Shown in pieces: positions 37,225 to 46,565 of a DNA stretch of 64,000 bases (position 1 is its first letter; each line of letters opens with the position of its first letter). Both the position numbers and the translations under genes were made by a program. The notes beneath the pieces are model-generated. The model was not told the DNA's origin and did not search any database. It was given only the letters and a program-made list of their open reading frames with translations. The stretch comes from a virus: the IMG/VR virus record IMGVR_UViG_3300047170_000049, positions 1-64,000 of that record. One strand, given 5' to 3'.

Positions 37225-37921
37225 GCTGACTTTAGTTTCAGCATTTATACTCAGCGTGATTTTTCACGGTGTGAGTATGTGTATTGTATTGAAGACGCCC
37301 TTGAAGAAAAAATCATCACCCATTGAAGTGACGATTCAAGAAGGCAAGCAAGCGCCTAAAGGTGAAGTGAAGCCTAAGCAAGGTGATGGCCCTAGAGAAT
37401 TAAGCGATAAAGAAAAAGCTGCATTAGCTGAAAAGGCTGCGAAAGCTCAAGCCGAAGCAATGTCTAAGGCCCGTGCTGAAGCTAGAAAGATGGCTCAACA
37501 ACAATTAGCTGCATTGGGGATGCTTCATAAGCAATTCCCTGAACTATTTGGTAACCACAATCACGTCTTAGAAAAAGTCCCTGGAATCATGGGTAAACCT
37601 AATACGCGAAGAACTGGTTATTACGGCATTGGGATTGAAGATGCTAAATGGCAAGACGTTATTTTTAACGGACAAATTATCCATGGTTCTGAGGTCACAC
37701 AAGTATTTGCAGGCTACCCTGCCGATGAAAACGGTATTTTAGTAGGCGATGTTATTGTGGAAGTTGACGGACACTTGGGACCAAGCGGCCAGGCAATTAT
37801 CATAGGTGAATCTGATGCGCCCATTCATTTAACCATATGGCGCAACGGAAGAATTATTGAATTTAGCTTTAAGAGAGGATGGGTTGTTACTGATGGAACG
37901 TCGGGCCGTCGTAATCCTTAA
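37190..37921 (+). CDS. membrane-anchored PDZ-domain protein with TonB/TolA-like anchor
   Basis: TM with S-x3-H (SVIFH), Lys/Ala helical linker, YYGIGI...VFAGYPADENGILVGDVIVEVDG...LTIWRNG. Confidence 0.8.
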   Translation: MLAKRLSVRILKLTLVSAFILSVIFHGVSMCIVLKTPLKKKSSPIEVTIQEGKQAPKGEVKPKQGDGPRELSDKEKAALAEKAAKAQAEAMSKARAEARKMAQQQLAALGMLHKQFPELFGNHNHVLEKVPGIMGKPNTRRTGYYGIGIEDAKWQDVIFNGQIIHGSEVTQVFAGYPADENGILVGDVIVEVDGHLGPSGQAIIIGESDAPIHLTIWRNGRIIEFSFKRGWVVTDGTSGRRNP

Positions 37922-38045
37922 ACATAGACGCGATAAGAAGATACGTCAAAGGCGAGTGCAAAATACACTGGCCAGTTTGTTTTTCTCTGCATTAGTTTTA
38001 GCCATTAGCTGTATGGGAGTGTGGATTGTCAAATCGGGTTTTTAA
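37857..38045 (+). CDS. small membrane protein
   Basis: Basic stretch followed by a TM; start uncertain. Confidence 0.45.
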   Translation: MNLALREDGLLLMERRAVVILKHRRDKKIRQRRVQNTLASLFFSALVLAISCMGVWIVKSGF

Positions 38046-38373
38046 CTACGGAAAGGCGAATATTACTTTAAGTGGCGTGCCGTTGCCTTCAGGAAATAAC
38101 AATATTGGGTCTATATTAAATAGTCCCGCTATTACCAACACAGGTTTTTACGTTGCCACAGTTTGGCCATACTTAGGCCATAGAGGGCCTGCTTCCATAA
38201 CGGAAACCATAAGTGATTACGGTGTTGGCTATAAAACTTATTATTATTGGATAGATATGATTGATACTGGGATTAAGCAAGAGGTAGACAACATTCAAAA
38301 TCAACTTTTTAAGCCACACGAACGATTGTTGAGTTTGGATTGCTTACCTTTAGCCGAACTACTCTTTGGATAG
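38026..38373 (+). CDS. LLYG-tail family protein with fibre-like N-terminal motif
   Basis: PLPSGNNNIGSI; ends LPLAELLFG. Confidence 0.75.
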   Translation: MSNRVFNYGKANITLSGVPLPSGNNNIGSILNSPAITNTGFYVATVWPYLGHRGPASITETISDYGVGYKTYYYWIDMIDTGIKQEVDNIQNQLFKPHERLLSLDCLPLAELLFG

Positions 38374-38381
38374 GATTTACT

Positions 38382-38966
38382 ATGAGTAATTTTGATATTG
38401 CCACCCACGAGTTTGAATTTAAGTACGATGCGACTGGCGTTAAGCTAGGTAAATTCAAAGCATTTGCTGAAAAGCACGACCCACTTCGTTTCATTGAAGT
38501 GGCAAGCTGGGATACCTACTACGCCAATAAAGACACTAAGAGCAATATTGAATTCATGCGCTTCAGGCAAGGTCCAAGTCCAGAATTGACCATTAAATCC
38601 AAGCTTAACGAAAATAACAACAATAAGCGTATTGAGATTGACCTTCCTTTGGATAACCACCGCTTGAACGAGAGTGTGGTTAAAGCTTATTGCGATAGCA
38701 TGGGCTTTGAAGAGAACTTTAGGCTTTACAAGGTGTGCTTCATCTATTTCTACGAGAAGGTCGATATTGTTTATTACATTTCCTACAATGAAGAAATGAA
38801 GGAAGTAGGCCGCTACGTTGAAGTTGAGGCCCGTAAGGACGTTGCGTTCGACACCTCAGAAGAGGCTTGGGATGCCGTCATTCAATTTGAACAAAAACTA
38901 GCATATTTAGGAATTACTCCACAGAACCGTATGAAGAAGTCCCAATGGGAAATAAATCGAAAGTAA
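38382..38966 (+). CDS. CYTH (triphosphate tunnel metalloenzyme) domain protein
   Basis: EFEFKY (ExExK), DTYY, FMRFR, ELTIK, RIEID, YVEVE. Confidence 0.85.
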   Translation: MSNFDIATHEFEFKYDATGVKLGKFKAFAEKHDPLRFIEVASWDTYYANKDTKSNIEFMRFRQGPSPELTIKSKLNENNNNKRIEIDLPLDNHRLNESVVKAYCDSMGFEENFRLYKVCFIYFYEKVDIVYYISYNEEMKEVGRYVEVEARKDVAFDTSEEAWDAVIQFEQKLAYLGITPQNRMKKSQWEINRK

Positions 38967-39187
38967 GCCGTCGCATCAAGCGCGGCGACATTTTTAAACT
39001 AGCTAATGGCTTATTTTTAAAAGTGACTAAGATTAACAAGACCATAGACGGTACTTGGTACTCAGTTAAGCCGCTCTTCATCGAAGATGAGCCTTATGGT
39101 GTGTATGGAGAATACTTCTCTTCAAAACATATGAAGAAAGTGAAACTAAACCGCTTGGAGAAGCTTTTGCTTAAGTTGTTATTATGA
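38945..39187 (+). CDS. divergent LLYG-tail family protein
   Basis: IKRGDIF; ends NRLEKLLLKLLL. Confidence 0.7.
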   Translation: MGNKSKVSRRIKRGDIFKLANGLFLKVTKINKTIDGTWYSVKPLFIEDEPYGVYGEYFSSKHMKKVKLNRLEKLLLKLLL

Positions 39188-39528
39188 AAAAACCAATCGA
39201 CATAAAAATAGAGCGCGTTCTTCCCTACGATAATCACATATTAGATTCCGTACATTACTTATCCAAGACGTTGGACATAAAAGACCTGGAAGAGGCTGCG
39301 CAAGCCGCTATAGCAAACATGGGCACTCCAGACCGCTTCATCTTAGACCCTCTTACGGCCAAGGCTTACGCACAAGCGGCTGGTATTGACTGGGCTTGGC
39401 ATTCATTAAAGTGGGAAAAACTCAAAGCCAAACTCCCAGGCTTACCTGAAAACATATCCGATGAGCAAATAGATGAAATGGGCCGTGCAGAAAAGAAACT
39501 AGCGAAGATTCTGTATGGGAAGACCTAA
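39184..39528 (+). CDS. LLYG-tail family protein
   Basis: Ends RAEKKLAKILYGKT. Confidence 0.8.
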   Translation: MKKPIDIKIERVLPYDNHILDSVHYLSKTLDIKDLEEAAQAAIANMGTPDRFILDPLTAKAYAQAAGIDWAWHSLKWEKLKAKLPGLPENISDEQIDEMGRAEKKLAKILYGKT

Positions 39529-39784
39529 GAAGCCGCTGCATTTTCACATAGGCCAAATGCTGGTTTGCTGGCCAAATGGCAAGCTTAAGAACTTTCATTT
39601 AGTTAAGGTTACAGACTACCATTCTAATACGCATTACGATGTTATGGTTTTAAAAGGTTACGGCCATAAACCAGGTAAAATAGTTGCTTGGACCCGTCAA
39701 TTCGTGGAAGAAAATTTCTTTACATGCGATAGTGAAGAACAGGCGGCATTAATCGAAGAAATGGCCAAGGTGTTGTTTGCATAG
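39515..39784 (+). CDS. LLYG-tail family protein
   Basis: FHIGQML; ends LIEEMAKVLFA; ATG comes from the upstream TAT-GGG. Confidence 0.85.
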   Translation: MGRPKKPLHFHIGQMLVCWPNGKLKNFHLVKVTDYHSNTHYDVMVLKGYGHKPGKIVAWTRQFVEENFFTCDSEEQAALIEEMAKVLFA

Positions 39785-40025
39785 CCTATTTGACCCATCT
39801 CTTAGCATTGGTGATACTGTAATCGGCAGAGATGATTATTCAGTTTTTATAGGACAAATTGTTGACATACACGAACACGAATATGAGCTTCATTCACTAT
39901 ATGACTCCGACGGTAATTCTTGGCGTGAAGGAACTATAGAGCTTTCATTTAACTATCGTTTACATTTCCCACTACGCTTAGTCACGCCTGAAGAGCTAGA
40001 ATTATTTCGTCTATTGTTTAAATAA
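39777..40025 (+). CDS. LLYG-tail family protein
   Basis: TTG start; LSIGDTV; ends TPEELELFRLLFK. Confidence 0.85.
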   Translation: MHSLFDPSLSIGDTVIGRDDYSVFIGQIVDIHEHEYELHSLYDSDGNSWREGTIELSFNYRLHFPLRLVTPEELELFRLLFK

Positions 40026-40087
40026 ATTCCAACCGTCCACTGCATTTTGTAATATACTTAATGTAATCAATAAAACAAGGAGTCAAA

Positions 40088-41713
40088 ATGAAACAGCCTT
40101 ACGACGTGTTTACGTCAAAATTCGCGCAGGATATTTACCTTCAAAAATACTCTAAAGATGGTGTCGAGACATGGGCGGACACCGCCAAGCGAGTTACTGA
40201 TGCAGTATGCTCACAACTGCTTGACGCCAAATCCCGTGAAAAGATTTACCACATCATTCTAGAGAGAAAATTCATTCCAGGTGGAAGATACCTTTATTCT
40301 GCAGGTAGGGAATTCCATCAAGTAAATAATTGCTTCTTATTCCGTGCAGAAGACTCACGCGAATCATGGGCTGATACCATGCAAAAAATAACGGCAAGCT
40401 TAATGACTGGTGGAGGGATTGGGGTTGAATACTCTAAGCTCCGTGCTGAAGGCGAAATAATTCGTCGTACTGGTGGAACGTCCACTGGCCCTATTGCCTT
40501 GATGAACATGGTCAATGAAGCTGGACGATACATAATGCAAGGTGGTCAGCGTCGTAGTGCTATATGGGCTGGTCTTAATTGGTCACACAAAGACGTTTCA
40601 AAATTCATTCACTTAAAAGACTACTCCGAGGCACTAAAAGGTGCGAAACTTGCTGATTTCAACTTTCCACTTCCAATGGAGTTAACCAATATATCTGTAG
40701 TCTACGACACTGAATTTTTCATTGCCGTAGAAAATGAAAACCACCCCAAGCATCAAGAAGCCCTCAAAGTCTGGTTGGATAACTGCCGACAAGCATTTTC
40801 AAGTGCTGAACCTGGTATGAGCTTTAACTTCACTAAAGATAATGAAAACCTACGCAATGCCTGCACGGAAGTAGTCTCAGAAGAGGATAGCGATAAGTGT
40901 AATCTTGGCACCATATGGATGAACCGTATTAAAGACAAAAAAGAATTAGCTGAAGTAACCAAGTATGCTACTTTATTTCTTTTGTGCGGTGGGATTTACT
41001 CAGACATTCCCACCCAACGTATTAGAGAAATTGGCGTTAAGAATAACCGTATTGGTTTAGGGTTGGGTGGAATCCACGAATGGCTTATGTCTCGTGGGTT
41101 AGAGTATGAAGTGAACCCTGAACTACACAAATGGCTTTCTATTTACGAGCAAGAATCTGACTCAGCGGCTTTCGTAGGCTCTAAACAACTTGGAGTTGCC
41201 GTCCCTAAAGGCGTGCGTGCAATTGCACCCACTGGCACTATTGGAATCATTGCTGAGACCACAACGGGCATTGAGCCTTTATTTTGCAAAGCATACAAGC
41301 GTCGTTACTTTAAAGAAGGTAAATGGATGTTCCAGTATGTAGTGGACGGTGCCGTGAAGCGTCTTCTGGACCAAGGCGTGAAAATTGAGCACATAAAAGA
41401 CTCATATGACTTAACTTTTAAGCAAAGGGTGAAATTCCAAGCCGATGTTCAAAACTATGTGGACATGGCAATTTCTTCTACTTGCAACATGCCTAAGTGG
41501 GGCTCAGAAGAAAATAGTGAGTCTAATTATGAAAAGAACGCTAATACACTACTTAAGTACGCGAAACGACTTAGGGGTTTTACCGTTTACCCAGATGAAT
41601 CTCGTGGAGGCCAGCCTTTAACGCGAGTTGACCTACAGGAAGCTCTTAAGGACGAAGGTAGGGTATTTGAAGAGACTGTAAACGAATGTATTAATGGCGT
41701 GTGTGGAATTTAA
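40088..41713 (+). CDS. nrdJ: ribonucleotide reductase, probably class II (B12-dependent)
   Basis: FIPGGR, NNCF, GGGIG, RRSA, NACTE, CNLG, APTGT, GIEP and C-terminal CxxxxC; no beta-subunit gene adjacent. Confidence 0.85.
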   Translation: MKQPYDVFTSKFAQDIYLQKYSKDGVETWADTAKRVTDAVCSQLLDAKSREKIYHIILERKFIPGGRYLYSAGREFHQVNNCFLFRAEDSRESWADTMQKITASLMTGGGIGVEYSKLRAEGEIIRRTGGTSTGPIALMNMVNEAGRYIMQGGQRRSAIWAGLNWSHKDVSKFIHLKDYSEALKGAKLADFNFPLPMELTNISVVYDTEFFIAVENENHPKHQEALKVWLDNCRQAFSSAEPGMSFNFTKDNENLRNACTEVVSEEDSDKCNLGTIWMNRIKDKKELAEVTKYATLFLLCGGIYSDIPTQRIREIGVKNNRIGLGLGGIHEWLMSRGLEYEVNPELHKWLSIYEQESDSAAFVGSKQLGVAVPKGVRAIAPTGTIGIIAETTTGIEPLFCKAYKRRYFKEGKWMFQYVVDGAVKRLLDQGVKIEHIKDSYDLTFKQRVKFQADVQNYVDMAISSTCNMPKWGSEENSESNYEKNANTLLKYAKRLRGFTVYPDESRGGQPLTRVDLQEALKDEGRVFEETVNECINGVCGI

Positions 41714-41825
41714 AAATTAGTTTGCTTATTTCTTAAAGTGTGTTAAATTAAAGACTGATTGACCTCCCCTAACCCTGACATGCCTGCCCGTGGGCGGCTT
41801 TCCCCAAAGCCAACACGGGTATCGA

Positions 41826-42077
41826 ATGATTTTATTAAAGTGCATATCCGAATGCAACATCGGAAAAGAAGCTAAGAATGGGGACTGGAAGGTAGAGATG
41901 ACCTTTCACCCTGGTCAATACTATAATGCAGTTGGCCAAGGTAATACAAGTTTTAATGGCCGTTATTACGCCTTTAAAATCAAAGGTAAGGTGGTTAGGA
42001 TAATGTCAGATAACTTTGAGCCCTTAGAGGATAAGGAAGTAGCCCATTTAGCACAATTATTATTCACTGAGGATTGA
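41826..42077 (+). CDS. LLYG-tail family protein (start moved to 41826)
   Basis: FHPGQYY; ends KEVAHLAQLLFTED. Confidence 0.8.
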   Translation: MILLKCISECNIGKEAKNGDWKVEMTFHPGQYYNAVGQGNTSFNGRYYAFKIKGKVVRIMSDNFEPLEDKEVAHLAQLLFTED

Positions 42078-42102
42078 CTTTCCCGTATTAGTTTGTTATC
42101 CT
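42074..42102 (+). promoter_or_regulatory. sigma70-type promoter
   Basis: TTGACT-N17-TATCCT with extended TG. Confidence 0.6.
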
Positions 42103-42128
42103 GTAAGAGTAATAACTAAGGGGGTTTT

Positions 42129-42395
42129 ATGAAAACAATCGAGATGGCTCAAAAAAACGGTGTGTACGTCCCAAATGGTACGGTAGCCAATGAAAGCCGT
42201 AACTATGGCCCCTACACCCAGTTCGCCACTCCCAAACAAACCCCTAAAAACACGAAATTAGGGATTAGTTGGTATTTAAAAGAATTTTTCAAAGGTATGC
42301 TGTTTGGCTCTTTCTTCTCCTTCCTTTTTGGTGGGATTTTTGCTGGTGGCCTAATGGTGATTCCAGTGGTTATTAACAACAAGGATAAGAAATGA
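42129..42395 (+). CDS. membrane protein
   Basis: C-terminal TM; AAGGGGG SD. Confidence 0.65.
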   Translation: MKTIEMAQKNGVYVPNGTVANESRNYGPYTQFATPKQTPKNTKLGISWYLKEFFKGMLFGSFFSFLFGGIFAGGLMVIPVVINNKDKK

Positions 42396-42634
42396 ACATT
42401 CTTGATGAACTTAAAGACAAGATTACTGAAGTGCAGACCATCACGGTGGGGACGGATGAAATTCTTGTAATAAAACTCAGACATGACGAGGTATCTCAAG
42501 AGGAAATAAATAAAGTTCATAAAGTTTTTGAAGCCAAACTTCCTAAAACAAAGGTGTTGATTTGCGATGATTTATTTCAGTTCATTAAAATCTCTAATGA
42601 CGAGTTAAAACTCATTGACCTATTGAAGGGGTGA
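42392..42634 (+). CDS. divergent LLYG-tail family protein
   Basis: Ends SNDELKLIDLLKG. Confidence 0.7.
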   Translation: MNILDELKDKITEVQTITVGTDEILVIKLRHDEVSQEEINKVHKVFEAKLPKTKVLICDDLFQFIKISNDELKLIDLLKG

Positions 42635-42924
42635 ACATGGTTAAGTTCTTCAAAAATCTTTTCAAACGTAAGCCTAAATTCCAAATCTCTGACCGCTTTG
42701 CAGCCTTAATTTTTGAAGTAGCTACAGGCAACAAGGCAATGATTGCACCTGCCATTTTGGTTCACCGTGCCTATCTTAAAGAATATGGCGATAAGTACAA
42801 AAAGACCAATGAATACTTCTACATGAGCGAAGTTGATAATGTCATTCCCGACTACATCTTCAAAGCTGATGTGCGCCGTAAACTTCTTCAAAAATATGGT
42901 TCAAACGCACAAAGAAATTTTTAA
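42631..42924 (+). CDS. hypothetical protein
   Basis: GTGA overlap. Confidence 0.6.
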   Translation: MNMVKFFKNLFKRKPKFQISDRFAALIFEVATGNKAMIAPAILVHRAYLKEYGDKYKKTNEYFYMSEVDNVIPDYIFKADVRRKLLQKYGSNAQRNF

Positions 42925-42981
42925 AAAATAGCCACTTTTGTGATATTAACTGAATGAGAAACAATCACAAAGGAGCTATGA

Positions 42982-43647
42982 ATGATTCCCAGTAAATTCC
43001 CTAAAGCATTAGTTGTAGAGATTGAAGGGCTTGATGGCTCTGGCAAGACCACGGGTTTAAAATACCTAGTGGAGCAACTGACCGCTAAAGGCTTTAAAGT
43101 CTTATCTACCCGCGAAGTTGGCAGTACCCATATTCCAGTGTGCGCTGACCTAAGAAAAATTGTCTTAAACCCTGAACTGACCTTGGATGGGACGACCATG
43201 GAATTCATCTTCGCAGCAATGCGTATTGAAAACCAAAAGTTCTATAAGTCAGTTGAAGAAGAGTATGATTTCATCATCTCTGACCGTGGATGGCTCAGTC
43301 ACCTTGCTTATACAGACCAAAACGTGAGTAATGAATTCACCCAAGCCTTCTACAAAGGCATTGTAGCTCCGCTAACCAAATTACCTGACAAGATTCTTTA
43401 TTTTGACATTGCACCTGCTACAGCTTTTGAGCGTATGCAAAAACGCGGTGAACTGCCTGATTCCATTGAGAAAAAAGGCGCTGTGTTTATGGAACGCGTG
43501 GCTAAGAGCTTTAAATCTCACATGATGAGCTACGGAGTATTTAGCCGTATTAGCCATGTTGATGCCAATAAGACTTTAGCAGAAGTTCAAACAGAACTGG
43601 ACGGGCACATTGAAGCTCTAGTTAAAGCCCGTGACGAAAAAGAGTAA
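42982..43647 (+). CDS. tmk: thymidylate kinase
   Basis: IEGLDGSGKTT, TREVG, ISDRG..S..AY, PD. Confidence 0.92.
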   Translation: MIPSKFPKALVVEIEGLDGSGKTTGLKYLVEQLTAKGFKVLSTREVGSTHIPVCADLRKIVLNPELTLDGTTMEFIFAAMRIENQKFYKSVEEEYDFIISDRGWLSHLAYTDQNVSNEFTQAFYKGIVAPLTKLPDKILYFDIAPATAFERMQKRGELPDSIEKKGAVFMERVAKSFKSHMMSYGVFSRISHVDANKTLAEVQTELDGHIEALVKARDEKE

Positions 43648-43882
43648 GGTAATATTTTACATTGGTTTATTTCTAGTGGGCCTATCCATTGAAAGAGCGT
43701 GGGATGCCCACTTAGAGTATTGTTTAAAACTGAATTGGGTTACGGCACGAAATGCTTATCTCACTAGCTGCATTCAAGCGGTTAAAGACTTGCCTCTTAA
43801 AGGCCAGAACAAGAATTTAATCATTCGTGGCTATTGTAATAAAATGACCGATTCATACTTGGAATGGATTTATGGGAAATAA
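43631..43882 (+). CDS. hypothetical membrane-anchored protein
   Basis: N-terminal TM, three Cys. Confidence 0.6.
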   Translation: MTKKSKVIFYIGLFLVGLSIERAWDAHLEYCLKLNWVTARNAYLTSCIQAVKDLPLKGQNKNLIIRGYCNKMTDSYLEWIYGK

Positions 43883-44645
43883 GAACTGGGCAGATTACTT
43901 TGATGTCAATAGTTTATTAACCCAAAAAGGTGGTGATGGTGGAGATACCCCCTCACATGAAGGGTTAGCTTGGTTGGCCGCTCACTTTGGTGGTAACTTT
44001 CCATCTCCATTAGGTTATGGTAATTTCATTTACGAAGTATCGCCAAATGAAAAGTTAATTCGTAACCCAATTACATACAACAACCCTAACGATACTTCTA
44101 GAGACCAATACCGTGCCGTTGTTGTGGCAGACTTCTTTCAAAACCCACACGGCTTGTTTTCGCAGGATTTTTATAAAAATCTACCCAAAAACTTCCTAGG
44201 ATGGGCTCATTACCCCAATGGTGATGTGTTTAATCCACAAGATTACGTCTTGTTTCACCCAAATGCAAATTATGCTTGGAAGCTCCTCAGTGATGTAATG
44301 GCGCTCTTTGGCGTACTCACTTTGGTGTGCTGGACAACTCGTAAGCCTGGGTTTATCACTAAAGCCCTTGGTAAGCTATGGTGGCCCTTCATTGCAATGA
44401 ATCCACCTAATAATCAAGGTGTTCAAGGGTCTTTGCGTGGCCCCGATTACACATCAGATGATTTAGGTACGATTGAAACGCTGTTGTATTCAAAATACAA
44501 CGGTACATTCTTAAATAAACTTAACAGATGGATTTATAGAACCTTTCGACCTAATGGTGTTCAATGGGCTTTAGATTCTTACTTTGCAGAAGACATTGCA
44601 CCACCAATTAACGAAATCTCTCAAGGCATGGTGAAAGAATTATGA
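43872..44645 (+). CDS. hypothetical protein
   Basis: 257 aa, coupled on both sides; DGGDT, LIRNP and SRDQ segments. Confidence 0.75.
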   Translation: MGNKNWADYFDVNSLLTQKGGDGGDTPSHEGLAWLAAHFGGNFPSPLGYGNFIYEVSPNEKLIRNPITYNNPNDTSRDQYRAVVVADFFQNPHGLFSQDFYKNLPKNFLGWAHYPNGDVFNPQDYVLFHPNANYAWKLLSDVMALFGVLTLVCWTTRKPGFITKALGKLWWPFIAMNPPNNQGVQGSLRGPDYTSDDLGTIETLLYSKYNGTFLNKLNRWIYRTFRPNGVQWALDSYFAEDIAPPINEISQGMVKEL

Positions 44646-45202
44646 TTAAATTTATTGGACTGGATTGCGAAACAGGTGGTTTTGCTGGGACGAGCTTACT
44701 TAGCTTCTTCTTTGGTATTTACGACGAAAACTATCAGCTATTGGACGGCCTGGAACTATTCGTCAAGCCTAAAGATGGTATCTATCACGTTACCGCTGAA
44801 GCTTTGGGTATTAACGGCATTAACCTCATTAATCACGATAAGGTCGCCGTAACCTACGAAGCTGGTGGTAAGCTTTTATGGGACTTTCTTGTCAAACACT
44901 CAGACAATGGAAAGAATAAGTTACTACCCTTAGGGCACAATGTTTATTTTGATATTCAGCGTCTTACCCCTGACTTGATGACCAAGAAGACATGGAATAT
45001 GTTCGTAAGTTACCGATTGGTAGACTTAGGCGGGATAGTAACCGCATTGAAGTTAGCAGGTAAGTTGCCTCATTCCATATCTGGAAGCTTAGGTTCAATT
45101 TGTAAGCACTTTGGGGTTCAATTAACCAATGCCCACGATGCCAAGGCCGATGTTACGGCTACCGTAGAATGTGTCAAACATTGTGTGGAGTTGATGAAGT
45201 GA
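44642..45202 (+). CDS. DEDDh 3'-5' exonuclease (DnaQ-like)
   Basis: LDCETGG, GHNVYFD, AHDAKADV. Confidence 0.9.
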   Translation: MIKFIGLDCETGGFAGTSLLSFFFGIYDENYQLLDGLELFVKPKDGIYHVTAEALGINGINLINHDKVAVTYEAGGKLLWDFLVKHSDNGKNKLLPLGHNVYFDIQRLTPDLMTKKTWNMFVSYRLVDLGGIVTALKLAGKLPHSISGSLGSICKHFGVQLTNAHDAKADVTATVECVKHCVELMK

Positions 45203-45360
45203 GTGAAATTGCTGAATGGGTGCTAGCCCAGATGCACGAACCATGCGAATTTTGCGGGTTACATCATATTACCCCAGAAGATGAGCGCCAATGTGAAGAA
45301 CTCATGGAAGAAATGTTCAATAAGAAATTGGCTAAAGTAATTGAAGAACTAAACCGATAG
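45169..45360 (+). CDS. small Zn-ribbon-like protein
   Basis: CEFCGLHH...C; start probably GTG near 45199. Confidence 0.55.
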   Translation: MCQTLCGVDEVSEIAEWVLAQMHEPCEFCGLHHITPEDERQCEELMEEMFNKKLAKVIEELNR

Positions 45361-45367
45361 AGGTCGT

Positions 45368-45748
45368 ATGAGCTATCCCACGGAATGCAAACATTGCAAA
45401 AAGTATCAATGGCCCGATAAATATTGCTGCAAAGCAAACTTTCGTGACCGCACGGATAACTCAGTTTTGATTGACGTTAAACCCATTCGTTACAACCACG
45501 AATCTGTCTACTTCGTGCCCGTGTTCCAAAAAAACTTTAAAGACGATGGTACGCCCGAGTACAGCCCTACATTTACTTATTCTTTTGAACTTTGCACCAG
45601 TGATGAACAAATGGCCTGGAGCTTTGAACCTGATTATGTGCTGGTACTTAAGGGCACGTTTGATGCGACCACTCAACCATTTATAATCAAAGGGGACGAA
45701 GATGATAAGTCTGTTGTTCAAACTCCTGGCGGGACATGCGTTAGCTGA
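45368..45748 (+). CDS. hypothetical protein with N-terminal Cys cluster
   Basis: GAGG SD; CKHC...YCC. Confidence 0.65.
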   Translation: MSYPTECKHCKKYQWPDKYCCKANFRDRTDNSVLIDVKPIRYNHESVYFVPVFQKNFKDDGTPEYSPTFTYSFELCTSDEQMAWSFEPDYVLVLKGTFDATTQPFIIKGDEDDKSVVQTPGGTCVS

Positions 45749-46055
45749 TTTCGCCCTACAAAGCGACTTTATCGCTAATAATAAGAATCGCCATTCTATA
45801 CCCAAGGGTTACAACCCAGACCTTCATGGTCCAATGCAAACCATCTGGCCATACGTTCTGACCTCCCATGCCTTAATTCACGGCCTAATGGTGTTCCTGG
45901 CCACGGGAAGCACTACCCTGGGATTAATCGAGACTGGTGCTCATTGGGTGATTGATTTTGGGAAATGTGAAAAATGGTATGGAATTCACACGGACCAGTG
46001 GTTACACATTGGTTTTAAAGTCGCTTATGTGTTATTCTTAGGACTACATGGATAA
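45702..46055 (+). CDS. DUF3307-type membrane protein
   Basis: HALADFALQ, HALIH, HWVID..K, DQWLH. Confidence 0.85.
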   Translation: MISLLFKLLAGHALADFALQSDFIANNKNRHSIPKGYNPDLHGPMQTIWPYVLTSHALIHGLMVFLATGSTTLGLIETGAHWVIDFGKCEKWYGIHTDQWLHIGFKVAYVLFLGLHG

Positions 46056-46347
46056 TTACGACCAGCGTATTGAAGAATTTAAGGCTAGAATCGCCGTAGA
46101 GCCTGAGTGGTGCGAGGAACTGTTCCGTTACGCTACCATAAGGCTATTAGCGGCAAAATATGCGTATTATGTATTGAATGACCCCTATCAATCTGACATA
46201 GCCTACGACCTAGATGAAAAAGGCTGGTATGTTATGGGTAGAGCGTTGGGGCACTTGAAAGAAGACGATACCTCACCTTGTGTCGATTGGAATGAAAATC
46301 ACCCATTAGCCGCTGAAGCTATTGCTTTGGCAAAGGAATTAGTATGA
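46048..46347 (+). CDS. stand-alone NAD-dependent DNA ligase subdomain Ia-like protein
   Basis: YAYYVLNDPYQSDIAYD matches the LigA YY-x-x-D-x-P-x-x-x-D-x-x-YD motif. Confidence 0.7.
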   Translation: MDNYDQRIEEFKARIAVEPEWCEELFRYATIRLLAAKYAYYVLNDPYQSDIAYDLDEKGWYVMGRALGHLKEDDTSPCVDWNENHPLAAEAIALAKELV

Positions 46348-46565
46348 CCGATTTATTTTGGATTGTGTGGGCTGGAATTTCACTTTTTAACGTAATGTTG
46401 GTGGGGCACGAATATGCTTCACAGATTAGACGTGATGGTGAGGTTGTTGGGTTTAAGTGTGTTGCAGGGGTTTTATTTGCCCCGTTCTTTTTGGCTTTCA
46501 CGATAGGCTACCGCATCAAAAAATTCCCTAAATTCAAAGTTTCTATTCAAAAGGACAACACATGA
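46344..46565 (+). CDS. small membrane protein
   Basis: Two hydrophobic segments. Confidence 0.6.
   Translation: MTDLFWIVWAGISLFNVMLVGHEYASQIRRDGEVVGFKCVAGVLFAPFFLAFTIGYRIKKFPKFKVSIQKDNT

Noticed and set aside
40088-41713. Intein or intron in the RNR gene
   Set aside because: Compact continuous 541-aa ORF with normally spaced motifs.
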